The translations under genes and the position numbers were made by a program. From the NCBI GenBank assembly GCA_963829055.1, contig CAWHHI010000006.1:352001-416000 (forward strand): a stretch of 64,000 bases of DNA. Direction: 5' to 3'. The notes beneath the pieces are model-generated. The model had not been told where the DNA came from. It saw only the letters and a program-made list of their open reading frames with translations, and did no database searches. This stretch comes from an uncultured Gemmatimonadaceae bacterium. GTDB taxonomy: Bacteria; Gemmatimonadota; Gemmatimonadetes; Gemmatimonadales; Gemmatimonadaceae. This document shows positions 55,235 to 64,000 of this stretch, piece after piece; the first letter of the stretch is position 1, and every line of letters begins with the position of its first letter.

Positions 55235-58024
55235 CTACGTCTCCTCCCGCAGCGCCTCCGTCGGCTCGATGCGGAACGCGCGACGCGTCGGCACGACGCA
55301 CGCGACGAGACACACCACCATCATCAGCATCGCGTACGCCACCACCAGCGCGACTTCCCTCGGCGACAGCGCGCCCGTCGCCGCCCTCGTCAGCACGCCG
55401 ACGAACCCGCCTCCCACCAACACGCCAAGCGCCACCTGCCTGAGCGGTCGCCGGAAGATCGCGGTGATCACGCGCCGGTGATCCGCGCCGAGCGCGATGC
55501 GCACGCCGATCTCGCGCGTCCGACGCGAGACCGTGAATGACATCACCGCGTAGATCCCCGCGAGTGACAGCACGAGCGCGACACAGCTTACCAGTAGCAC
55601 CAGCCGGAACCAGAAGCTCAGGAACTCGAGCTCGGAGTCGAGCACGCGATCGAGCGGCGCTATGTCGTACAACCGGAGCGTCGGGTCGACCGCCGTCGCG
55701 AGCGCGCGGAGGCGCGGCGCAAACGCCGACGGATCGCCCTTCACATGCACCGCCATGTGCGCCGGGTAGATCCCGCCTGCCGCCACCGGATGGTAGATCC
55801 CCGAGCTCTTCGGGTCGCCGCCCTCCGCCTGGCCGACGTCCGCACCAACCGCCATCCCCACGTCGCGCACGACGCCGACGATCTCGTACCACGGCCCTGG
55901 CTTCCGGTCCACCGACCACCGGTCGTCCTCGCCATCCACGTACCGCAAGCGACGGCCGATCGGATTGCGATCACCGAACACGCGCCGCACGAACGACTGG
56001 TTCACGACGACGACGCCACCGCGAGCGCCCGGCTTCCCCGGCGTTCCGAGATCCGCCTCGCCGTCACTCGCGTTGAAGCCTCGACCAATGATGACGGGTG
56101 CCGAGACTGCCTCGAGAAAGTCGTGATCGACCGACGCGGAGCTCACGCGATACCCGTTAGGCCAGCGCGGGTCGCGCGGCGCCGCCGCACCCTCATCGAC
56201 TTCGATGATGTGGTACGGGTGGTACATCAGCGGAAGAAGGTCGGCGAACGTGATGCCCGCGACCGCGGGCTCGGCGGCGACGCGCCGAGCAAGCTCCTGA
56301 TACGTCGCGCGGAAGTGGGCACGGTGTGCCGCCCGTGATGTGTCCGCACGCGCGCCCGGCACGGGTTCGCGATCCATCTCGAGCCGAACCGACAGGAATT
56401 CCCTGAACGGGAATCCGACGTCGACCTGCTCGAGCTGCACCGCGTCGCGTCGCACGAAGAACGCGACCGCCGGAAACGCCACGGTCACCGCGACCTGCGC
56501 GACGATGACGACCGTCCACACACCGCCGAATCGCAATCCGCCGCTGCCGGCCGTCGTCTGCTTGAGCCGGGCGCCGACGCCACGCGTCACCTTGAGCGCG
56601 GGGACGACGCCAGCGATCGCCGCGGCGACGAAGGTCAGCAGCACTGCATACACGTACGTGGTCGGCGACAGCGTATCCTGAAACCAGAACGGTAACCGGG
56701 CTCCGTGAAGGAACTCCGCCTCGATGACGCCCATCACCCAGCGCAGGCCAGCGCCGGACGCCGCGAGCCCGATCACCGCCGCCACTCCACCGAGCACGAG
56801 CGCCTCGGCGAACAGCTGCATGATGATCCGGCCACGCCCGGCGCCTAACGCCGAGCGGACGACGATCTCGCTCTCGCGCGTTGCCGCACGCGCGAACATG
56901 AGCAGCGCGACGTTGCCGCAGATGAGCACGAGCAGCATGAGCAGCGGCAAGTTGACCGACATGACGCCGACCGATCGCCATCCTCTGACGTCCACAATGG
57001 ACTGAGCGTACGGCATGATCTGCGGACGCAGGTACTCGTGCGTGTCGCGGAAGTCCGCGGACGCGCGCTTGCCGAGCGCACTGAGCTCGGCCTGCGCTTC
57101 GTCGAGCGACACACCGGGCGCGAGACGCGCGAACACACTGATCGCTGGGCCCTCTCGGCGGCCGTATCCAGCGTCATCGAGGCGGAGCGGCACCCAGAAG
57201 CTCTGCGCGACCGGGAAGCCGAACTTCTCGGGCATGACGCCGACGATCGTCACCACCGAGCTCGCGAGCCGCACCGTCCGACCGATGATTGCGGTGTCGG
57301 CGCCGAAGCGACGCTGCCACGCGTCGTACCCGATCACGACTACTGGCGTTGCGTCCGCACGCTCATCCGATTCGATCAGCGTCCGCCCCAGGAATGGAGG
57401 CACGCGCGTCATCCGGAACGCGGACGCGGTGATCTCCGCCACCTCGACGGGCTCGCCGCGACCTTCGCTCGTGATCAGGTTGCGCTCGAGCGCGCGGTAT
57501 GCGCCGAGGTCCGTCACCGACTTCAGCGTCTGTCGCCATGTGGCGAAGTCGTCGGCGATGTGCGCCTCGGGCCGGCTCGCTGCCAGATCCCAGTTGCGGA
57601 TGGCGACGATGCGATTGCCGTCAGGCAGCGGGATCGTCGGCCGAATGATCTGCGTCGCCATCTCGAACGTCGCCGAGCCGACCCAGATCGCGAACGCCAT
57701 CGCGAGCCCGCCCACAATCGTTAGGCCCGGGTACCTGACGAGCATCCGGAAGCCGAGCTTGAAGTCCAGCCACGACACGCGGAGGTCATCGATGCGCCGT
57801 AGTCCTCGCGACCGGCGCCCTTGCTCCTTGAAGTGTTCGGTGCTACCGAACTCGAGCCGCGCCTGACGCTCGGCCTGTGCCGGCGTTAGGCCGGAGCGGA
57901 CGAGGTCCGCGGCCCTGAGCTCCAGGTGCAGTCGGAACTCGTCGTTCATGTCCGACTCGACGTCCACGCGCTGACGCACACCTCGCCAGAGCGAGCGGGT
58001 GCGCGCGATAAGTCCTGAGAGCAT
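55235..58024 (-). CDS. ADOP/MacB-like ABC permease
   Basis: DEFRLHLE, LDFKLGFRML, ESEIVVRSALGA and REIGVRIALGA motifs. Confidence 0.92.
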   Translation of the reverse strand: MLSGLIARTRSLWRGVRQRVDVESDMNDEFRLHLELRAADLVRSGLTPAQAERQARLEFGSTEHFKEQGRRSRGLRRIDDLRVSWLDFKLGFRMLVRYPGLTIVGGLAMAFAIWVGSATFEMATQIIRPTIPLPDGNRIVAIRNWDLAASRPEAHIADDFATWRQTLKSVTDLGAYRALERNLITSEGRGEPVEVAEITASAFRMTRVPPFLGRTLIESDERADATPVVVIGYDAWQRRFGADTAIIGRTVRLASSVVTIVGVMPEKFGFPVAQSFWVPLRLDDAGYGRREGPAISVFARLAPGVSLDEAQAELSALGKRASADFRDTHEYLRPQIMPYAQSIVDVRGWRSVGVMSVNLPLLMLLVLICGNVALLMFARAATRESEIVVRSALGAGRGRIIMQLFAEALVLGGVAAVIGLAASGAGLRWVMGVIEAEFLHGARLPFWFQDTLSPTTYVYAVLLTFVAAAIAGVVPALKVTRGVGARLKQTTAGSGGLRFGGVWTVVIVAQVAVTVAFPAVAFFVRRDAVQLEQVDVGFPFREFLSVRLEMDREPVPGARADTSRAAHRAHFRATYQELARRVAAEPAVAGITFADLLPLMYHPYHIIEVDEGAAAPRDPRWPNGYRVSSASVDHDFLEAVSAPVIIGRGFNASDGEADLGTPGKPGARGGVVVVNQSFVRRVFGDRNPIGRRLRYVDGEDDRWSVDRKPGPWYEIVGVVRDVGMAVGADVGQAEGGDPKSSGIYHPVAAGGIYPAHMAVHVKGDPSAFAPRLRALATAVDPTLRLYDIAPLDRVLDSELEFLSFWFRLVLLVSCVALVLSLAGIYAVMSFTVSRRTREIGVRIALGADHRRVITAIFRRPLRQVALGVLVGGGFVGVLTRAATGALSPREVALVVAYAMLMMVVCLVACVVPTRRAFRIEPTEALREET

Positions 58025-58371
58025 CAGATTTCCTGCGGTGTTGCGGACAGCGCGAGCGCGATGGCCTGCGCATGTCTGTTCCAGCTCGCGGTTTCTTCGC
58101 CGAGCCGTTTTCGTCCGGTGGCCGTGAGGCGGTAGTACTTCGCGCGACGGTTGTTGTCCGACGTGCCCCATTCACTGGAGATCAGTCCCTGGAACTCGAG
58201 ACGGTAGAGTGCCGGGTAGAGGGCGCCCTGCTGGATCTGCAGCGCGCCGCCCGAGATCTGCTCGATGCGGAGCAGCACGCCGTAGCCGTGCAGCTTCCCG
58301 AGCGAGACGGCTTTCAGAATGAGCAGGTCGAGCGTGCCAGGCAGGACGCCGGCAGCGGGCTGGTCGGCCAC
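58024..58371 (-). CDS. PadR family regulator
   Basis: GTLDLLILKAV, LHGYGV and WGTSDNNRRAKYY motifs. Confidence 0.95.
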   Translation of the reverse strand: MADQPAAGVLPGTLDLLILKAVSLGKLHGYGVLLRIEQISGGALQIQQGALYPALYRLEFQGLISSEWGTSDNNRRAKYYRLTATGRKRLGEETASWNRHAQAIALALSATPQEI

Positions 58372-58375
58372 GATG

Positions 58376-58432
58376 TTCTCCTATGATGCTTAGGAGAAGG
58401 TACGAAGGGCTCTCCTAAGCTGTCAAGGAGAG
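58376..58432. promoter_or_regulatory. Twin 8-7-8 palindromic putative PadR operators
   Basis: TTCTCCTA-N7-TAGGAGAA and CTCTCCTA-N7-AAGGAGAG. Confidence 0.75.
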
Positions 58433-58434
58433 TG

Positions 58435-58604
58435 GGGTCATGCGCACAGTCCTCGCCTACCGGAAGCGGCGCGACTCCGCGCTCACCCTCGGCTATCGCG
58501 TCCGCTCGCCGGCCCGCGTACGCGAGCGCCAGACCATGGAACTCACGGTCGAGCGTATGGGCGGCTCCCAGCGCCAGCTGCAGTCGGTCGCGGAGGTCCG
58601 TCAT
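58435..58604 (-). pseudogene. Internally deleted Ser/Thr kinase-TPR gene remnant
   Basis: MTDLRDRLQLALGAAHTLDRE (compare MTELRERLQVALGDAYAIERE at 29141) is fused directly to TPR-like GLALAYAGRRADAIAEGERGV. Confidence 0.65.
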
Positions 58605-58823
58605 CAACGGGGTTCTGGCAGGTTGCGGCCTGAGGCTGGGGCCAATCTAGAACCCGGGAAACCCCGTGACCAGCCATTGTGCGCCGCTCCGAGTCGTTAG
58701 CCGTGCCTAACGAATCGTGTCTTCGAGGGCCGGAGCGCCAGGCGCCCCATGTCGAGGTTGACCTTATCACGCACGCGGACGGATATTGGCTCCACCATTG
58801 GGTCCCCGCGGAGAGGCGACGAC

Positions 58824-60945
58824 ATGATCGGCACAACGATTTCCCACTATCGCATCCTCGCGAAACTGGGCGAGGGCGGCATGGGGATCGTGTACAAGGC
58901 ACAGGATACGAGGCTCGAACGCTTCGTCGCGCTGAAATTCCTCCCAGAGGATCTCGGCGACGACTCGGAGGCAAAACAGCGCTTCATTACCGAAGCCCGC
59001 GCGGCGTCGTCGCTCAATCACCCCAACGTCGCGACCGTCTACGACATCGGCGAGGCCGACCGCCGCTCGTTCATTGCCATGGAGCTGGTGGAAGGCGACA
59101 CGCTCAAGGCCCGCCTCAAAGCCGGCAGGCTGTCCATCGAGCAGGTCAGGGCGTTCGGGCTCCAGATCGCCGAAGGCCTTCAGGCCGCCCACAGCAAAGG
59201 CATCGTCCATCGCGACATCAAGCCCGACAACCTCCTGCTCACGCGCGACGGCCAGATCAAGATCATGGACTTCGGCGTCGCGAAGCTGTCCAATGGTCTC
59301 GGGATGACGCGGACCGGTACTACGGTCGGCACGCTGGCCTACATGTCGCCCGAGCAGCTGGTGGCGGACGACGTCGACAACCGGAGCGACCTCTGGTCGT
59401 TCGGCGTGGTGCTCTACCGAGATGCTGACCGGCGAGATCCCGTTCCGCCGCGGCAGCGAGGCCGCCGTGATCTACGAGATCCTGAACCGCGAGCCGATTC
59501 CGCTGGAGACGTATCGGCCGGACGTCCCGCCGACATTGCGTGCCGTCATCACCCAACTCCTGCAGAAAGACCCGGCGGCGCGGCCTTCCTCGGCTACCGA
59601 CGTCATAGCGCGGCTTCGCGGAACGGGCGGCGTAACGGCAGCGTCCGCGCCGGCGAAGACGATTGCGGTGATGTACTTCGAGAACCTCAGCCCGGACAAG
59701 GAGAGCGATTATTTCTGCGCCGGCATCACCGAGGACATCATCACCGACCTCTCGAAGGTGCGCGACTTGAGAGTGGTGCCGCGAACGGACGTGCTCCCGT
59801 TTCGAAACAAGGAAGTCAACACGCGCCAGGTCGGTGAAGCGCTGCGCGTGAACTACATCCTCGAGGGCAGCGTACGCAAAGCCGGCAACCGCATCCGCAT
59901 CACCGGCCAGCTCGTGAGCGCGCGCGACGGCTTCCAGGTCTGGGCCGACCGCTTCGACGGGCTCGTCGACGACATCTTCGATCTACAGAACGAAGCGTCG
60001 CGCAAGATCGTCGAGGCGTTGAAGGTCTCGCTCACGGAAGCCGAGAAGGAATCCTTGGCGAAGAAACCAACCGACGACCTGCGGGCCTATGACTTCTTCA
60101 TGCGCGGGCGCGAGTACCTGAATCGTCGCGGACGGAAGAACACCGAGACGGCAATCCGGATGTTCGAGAACGCCCTGGCGATCGACGCGGACTTCGCCGC
60201 GGCATTCTCGGCGCTCGGCGACGCGTGCGCGGCCATGTACGAGTGGTACGACGGGCGGCCCCACTGGCTGGCTCGCGCCATCGAGAACAGTCAGGAGGCG
60301 CTGTCGCGCGACCCGGGCTCCGTCGACGTGCAGTTCGGCATTGCGACGGTCTACTCCCATCAGGGCCGGCTGGCCGACGCGAAGCGTGCGCTACTCGCTG
60401 TGCTCGAGCACGATCCTCAGTACTACCCGGCGTGCATGCGCCTCGGGATGCTTGCGGAACGCCACGGTGAGGGTGAGCTGCATTCCGCGGTGACGTGGTA
60501 TCGCCGCGCCGCCGAGCTGCGTCCGCAGGACGACGATCCGTGGCGATACCTGGCTGGTCTCTATCGAAAGCTCGGCCAAATCGAAGCGGCGCACGAGGCG
60601 GCGCTCAAGGTCATCGAGATCACCAGTCGAAAGCTCGAGGTGAACATGGATGACGTCGTGCTCCTCAGTCGACTGGCCGAGGGCTATGCGCGCTACGGCG
60701 GCAAGGAAGAGACGCACGCCATCCTGAAGCGCGTGATCGAGCTCGATCCGACCGACGGCCAGGCCCTGTACCACTGCGCGTGCGCCCACGCCCTTCTCGG
60801 GGAACGAACGGCGACCCTCGTCTCTCTGCGACGCGCGTACGACAACGGATTCCGCGCGGTGGCCCATTCGGTGCACGCGGATAATGCGTTCGATGCCATA
60901 CGCAGCCACCCCGAATTCCGGGCGTTCATTGCCGAATTGCAGTAA
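58824..60945 (+). CDS. Ser/Thr kinase with TolB-like and TPR domains (frameshift near 59420)
   Basis: LGEGGMG, VALK, HRDIKPDN, DFG and IAVMYFEN motifs, plus TPRs. Confidence 0.92.
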
Positions 60946-61016
60946 CCAGTAACCAGTGTTACTGTCGGAACGCTGACCCGAGCACCCCCACGCGACCCGC
61001 GCCGAGTTGAGAGACC

Positions 61017-61310
61017 ATGCCCAAGTACGTGATAGAGCGCTTCATTCCTGGAGCCGGAAACCTGACCGCCGATGAATTGAAGGCGATCTCGACGCGCTCG
61101 TGCGATGTTCTGAACCAACTCGGTCCGAAGATCACGTGGATCCAGAGCTACGTGACGGACAACAAGATCTACTGCGTCTACATCGCCCCGAACGAGGAGG
61201 TCGTGCGCGAGCACGCGCGACTGGGCGGCTTCCCGGCGAACCACATCAGCTCCGTGAAGACGCTGATCGATCCAACTACGGCCGAGGAGACGCCGGCTGG
61301 TCGAAGCTGA
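61017..61310 (+). CDS. DUF4242 domain protein
   Basis: MPKYVIER, WIQSYVTDNKIYCVY and HARLGGFPAN motifs. Confidence 0.88.
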   Translation: MPKYVIERFIPGAGNLTADELKAISTRSCDVLNQLGPKITWIQSYVTDNKIYCVYIAPNEEVVREHARLGGFPANHISSVKTLIDPTTAEETPAGRS

Positions 61311-61325
61311 CGTCCAGAGGGGATG

Positions 61326-61397
61326 AAGGGGCAGGGTCGTTGAGCTTCAACGACCCTGCCCCTTGTGAATTGGGGTCAGACTCGAGTCTGACCCCAA
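61326..61397. repeat. Two adjacent hairpins (AAGGGGC..GTCGTTGA type; GGGGTCAGA/TCTGACCCC type)
   Basis: An 18-bp-arm hairpin followed by the palindrome TTGGGGTCAGACTCGAGTCTGACCCCAA. Confidence 0.8.
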
Positions 61398-61446
61398 ACG
61401 GCATCAAATCTCTGCGTGCGCGGCGCGTTCGATTGCTTTACGCGAG

Positions 61447-61863
61447 CTATCGGTGGCCGTGCAGCTGGAATCCCGCGATCTCGAAGTGATGGTCGAGACT
61501 GAGCGCGTCGCGGATCCGCCGGTGGGTCATCACCGCGAAGCTCACGGCGTCGGTGAGGGAGAAGTCCTGATCGCTGTAGCGCGCGAGCCAATTGCGCTCG
61601 GCTTCGGTCTCGAGGTCCCGCGTGCTCCGAACGACGACGTTCGGCGCTTCGTCGACAGTTCTCACGAATGCGAGCGCGGTCGTAGCGCCTACTCGACGTA
61701 GCAGCAACGCGTGCGTTTCCGCCACGACCAGGTTGGTCGTCACGAGGCGTCGACGATTGCGGATCAGTGCTCGAAGCGCCGTAGCGAGGCTCGCATGGTC
61801 AGGATGCTTCGCGACCAGGAGCGGATACCACGCGCTCGTGTCGACGAAGAACTCACTCGCCAC
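61447..61863 (-). CDS. vapC: PIN-domain toxin
   Basis: FVDTSAW, VVAET, SLTDAVSF and LDHHF acidic residues. Confidence 0.92.
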   Translation of the reverse strand: MASEFFVDTSAWYPLLVAKHPDHASLATALRALIRNRRRLVTTNLVVAETHALLLRRVGATTALAFVRTVDEAPNVVVRSTRDLETEAERNWLARYSDQDFSLTDAVSFAVMTHRRIRDALSLDHHFEIAGFQLHGHR

Positions 61864-62212
61864 CAGTCTTTCTCCTGGCCTTCTTCGCGACCTTCTTCTT
61901 CGCCACCCCAGTGCGCGCCGGCGTCACTCGGCTCCAACTGGCCTCTTCGGCCTCGGCGATGACCTGATCGTGATCGCGAGCGGCGTCGGCCTCCGTGGTC
62001 CCGGCAATCTCGGCGTCAGCGATTCCAATGAGCCGCAGCGCCGGGTGGGATGCTGGCGAGAGGAGCTCACGCTCGAGCGCGAGCAGCCCGCGCCGCACGA
62101 CATCGGACTTGCTGGCGTCCAGCTGATCGGCAAGCCGCTCGAGTCGATCGCGTTCGTCGGCGATGAGGTACACCTGCAGCGGCGCTGCTTCTCGCACTCG
62201 CCGTCGTGTCAT
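61853..62212 (-). CDS. vapB: Ribbon-helix-helix (CopG-like) antitoxin
   Basis: LQVYL...SKSDVVRRGL; overlaps vapC. Confidence 0.8.
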   Translation of the reverse strand: MTRRRVREAAPLQVYLIADERDRLERLADQLDASKSDVVRRGLLALERELLSPASHPALRLIGIADAEIAGTTEADAARDHDQVIAEAEEASWSRVTPARTGVAKKKVAKKARRKTGGE

Positions 62213-62250
62213 GACACACCTTCATGAAGTAATGAGTTGTATCATGATAC
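62206..62250. promoter_or_regulatory. Putative vapBC autoregulatory operators
   Basis: GTGTCATGACAC, CTTCATGAAG and GTATCATGATAC palindromes. Confidence 0.65.
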
Positions 62251-62297
62251 CTAGGGCACCCGGTGGTGGCAACAGCCCCGGGAGCGGTATCGACGTA

Positions 62298-62341
62298 CAA
62301 GGGGCCAGAGTCGTTGAACGTTCAACGACTCTGGCCCCTTG
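62298..62341. repeat. Perfect 44-bp palindrome related to 61326-61364
   Basis: CAAGGGGCCAGAGTCGTTGAAC|GTTCAACGACTCTGGCCCCTTG. Confidence 0.85.
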
Positions 62342-62405
62342 AATCCTCCTGCACTCAGCGTCACCCAGCCACCAGCACGACCACCCAGCAACCAGCTTCT
62401 CGCAG

Positions 62406-64000
62406 TTACTGGATCGGTCCGCCCTTCTGCATCTGCGGCACGCCGTCGGTCATCCACTTCGGCGCCGGCTTGTCCTTGAGGTAGTGATCGAAGAACTGCT
62501 TCATGCGCACCTGGAAGTCCTTCTGGTTCTCCTTCTTCGCCAGGTGATGCGGCTCGTCCGGGTACGACAGGAAGATCACCTGCTTCCCGCTGCGCCGCGC
62601 GGCGTTGAAGAACTCGAGCCCCTGCTCCCAGTCCACCGCGTCGTCCGCCGTGCCCTGCAGGATCATGAACGGCGTCTTGATGTTGCGCACGTGATGCACC
62701 GGCGACTGGCTCTCGTACAGCTCGTGTGAGTTCCACGGCGTCACGTTCGCGCCCATGCGCACCTGACCGACCTCGATGATGCCCTGCTGCAGCGTGCCCG
62801 TCTGCTTGTACAGCTCGTCGTAGAAGCTCACGAGATTCGTCGGCGGCGCGCCCGTCACGACCGCCGCGAACATGTCCGTCTGCGTGAGGATGAACGACGA
62901 CTGGTATCCGCCCCAGCTGTGTCCCTGCAGTCCGATGTGCTTCGGATCGGCGTAGCCCAGCTCGATCACCTTCTTCACCGCGCTCGTCACGCAGTCGAGC
63001 GCCGAGCTGCCCGGCTTGCCGATCTCGTAGACGATGTCCGGCTGGAGCACGAGGTAGCCGTTGCTCGCGTACGTCGACATGTGCGGCCGGTCGTCGTACA
63101 CCGGCATCGAGAACGTGTGATGCGTGTTCGACATGATCTCGTAGAAGTACACGAGCATCGGATACTTCTTGCCGGGCTGATAGTCCGCCGGCAGCGTCAG
63201 CGTGCCCTGCAGCTTCTGGCCTTTGCTGTTCTTGTAGTCGACGAGCACCTTGCTGCCCCACGCGTATTCGGCAGATCAGCGGATTCGCGTCGGTGATCTT
63301 GCGTCGGCGACGCGAACGCGGCGTTGCTCGTCCAGTAGTCCGGGAATTCCGAGAACGTCTGCTCGGTGAAGATCACGCGATCGGCCTTCTCGGCCTTCGC
63401 CACCTGGCCGATCTGCTTGTCCGCGTAGATGAGCGGCGTCGGCGCCTTGCCGGCGACGACCTTGTAGTAGCCGGACTTCTTCGTCCAGTCGCCGTAGGCC
63501 GAGAGCGTGAGCGGCTTCGTGAGGTCGATGCCTTCGTCGTCCTGCGCGGCGCCACCACCGAAGATGCCGCCGCCACCGCCGCCACCCGGCCTCGCGCCGG
63601 ACGATCGAGCCTAACGAGACGGAACCGGATCTTGCCGGATCTCCCATGCCCCGCGTCAGATTGACGGCCTTGCCGCCGTCGAGCGGCATCTGCCAGATGT
63701 CGAAATGATGGTTCAGCAGCACCGACTTGCCGTCCTTCGACCACCCCGCCACGCCGTACGTCGGAATCTCGTACGGATGATCATCCTCGGCGTCCAGGAA
63801 GCTGATCTTGTCGCCGTCGTCGAGATCCTTCTTCTGCCGGTCTCGAGGTTGTACGCGACGACGTTCTTGTCCTTGAGATACAGGAACCACTTGCCGTCGG
63901 GCGAGATGCCCATCGTGCGCGTCACCGACTTCTCGATGAGCGTGCGCTCGCCGGTCTCGGTGTTGATGCGATAGTGATCGGCCTTGCTGCCGCCCCATGA
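62406..64000 (-). CDS. S9 family prolyl oligopeptidase, 5' end off the window, apparent frameshifts
   Basis: GHSWGG nucleophile, QGTADDAV and EPHH motifs; beta-propeller fragments upstream. Confidence 0.9.

Overview
High-GC bacterial DNA whose gene content resembles Gemmatimonadota (inferred from PadR/ADOP permease pairs, TolB-TPR Ser/Thr kinases, amidohydrolases and small orphan proteins). Many single-base indels, densest at about 36-44 kb and 63-64 kb, look like long-read assembly errors. Contents: a form II coxSLM molybdo-hydroxylase operon, a CarH/LitR B12 photoreceptor locus, five ADOP permeases (four with PadR), a partial nucleotide-sugar/flippase cluster, several hydrolases and oxidoreductases, and a vapBC module. 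The strongest unexplained signal is a non-palindromic 7-8-mer, (G)CCTAACG / CGTTAGG(C). It occurs about 60 times by manual count (about 1 per kb) on both strands and in all six codon phases, forcing rare TTA/CTA/AGG codons. This points to a DNA-level sequence system (uptake-signal-, HIP1-, Chi- or methylation-like). The intergenic DNA also carries several palindromic element families, including two ~260-bp copies with compensatory changes, plus readable candidate operators for CarH, PadR and VapB.
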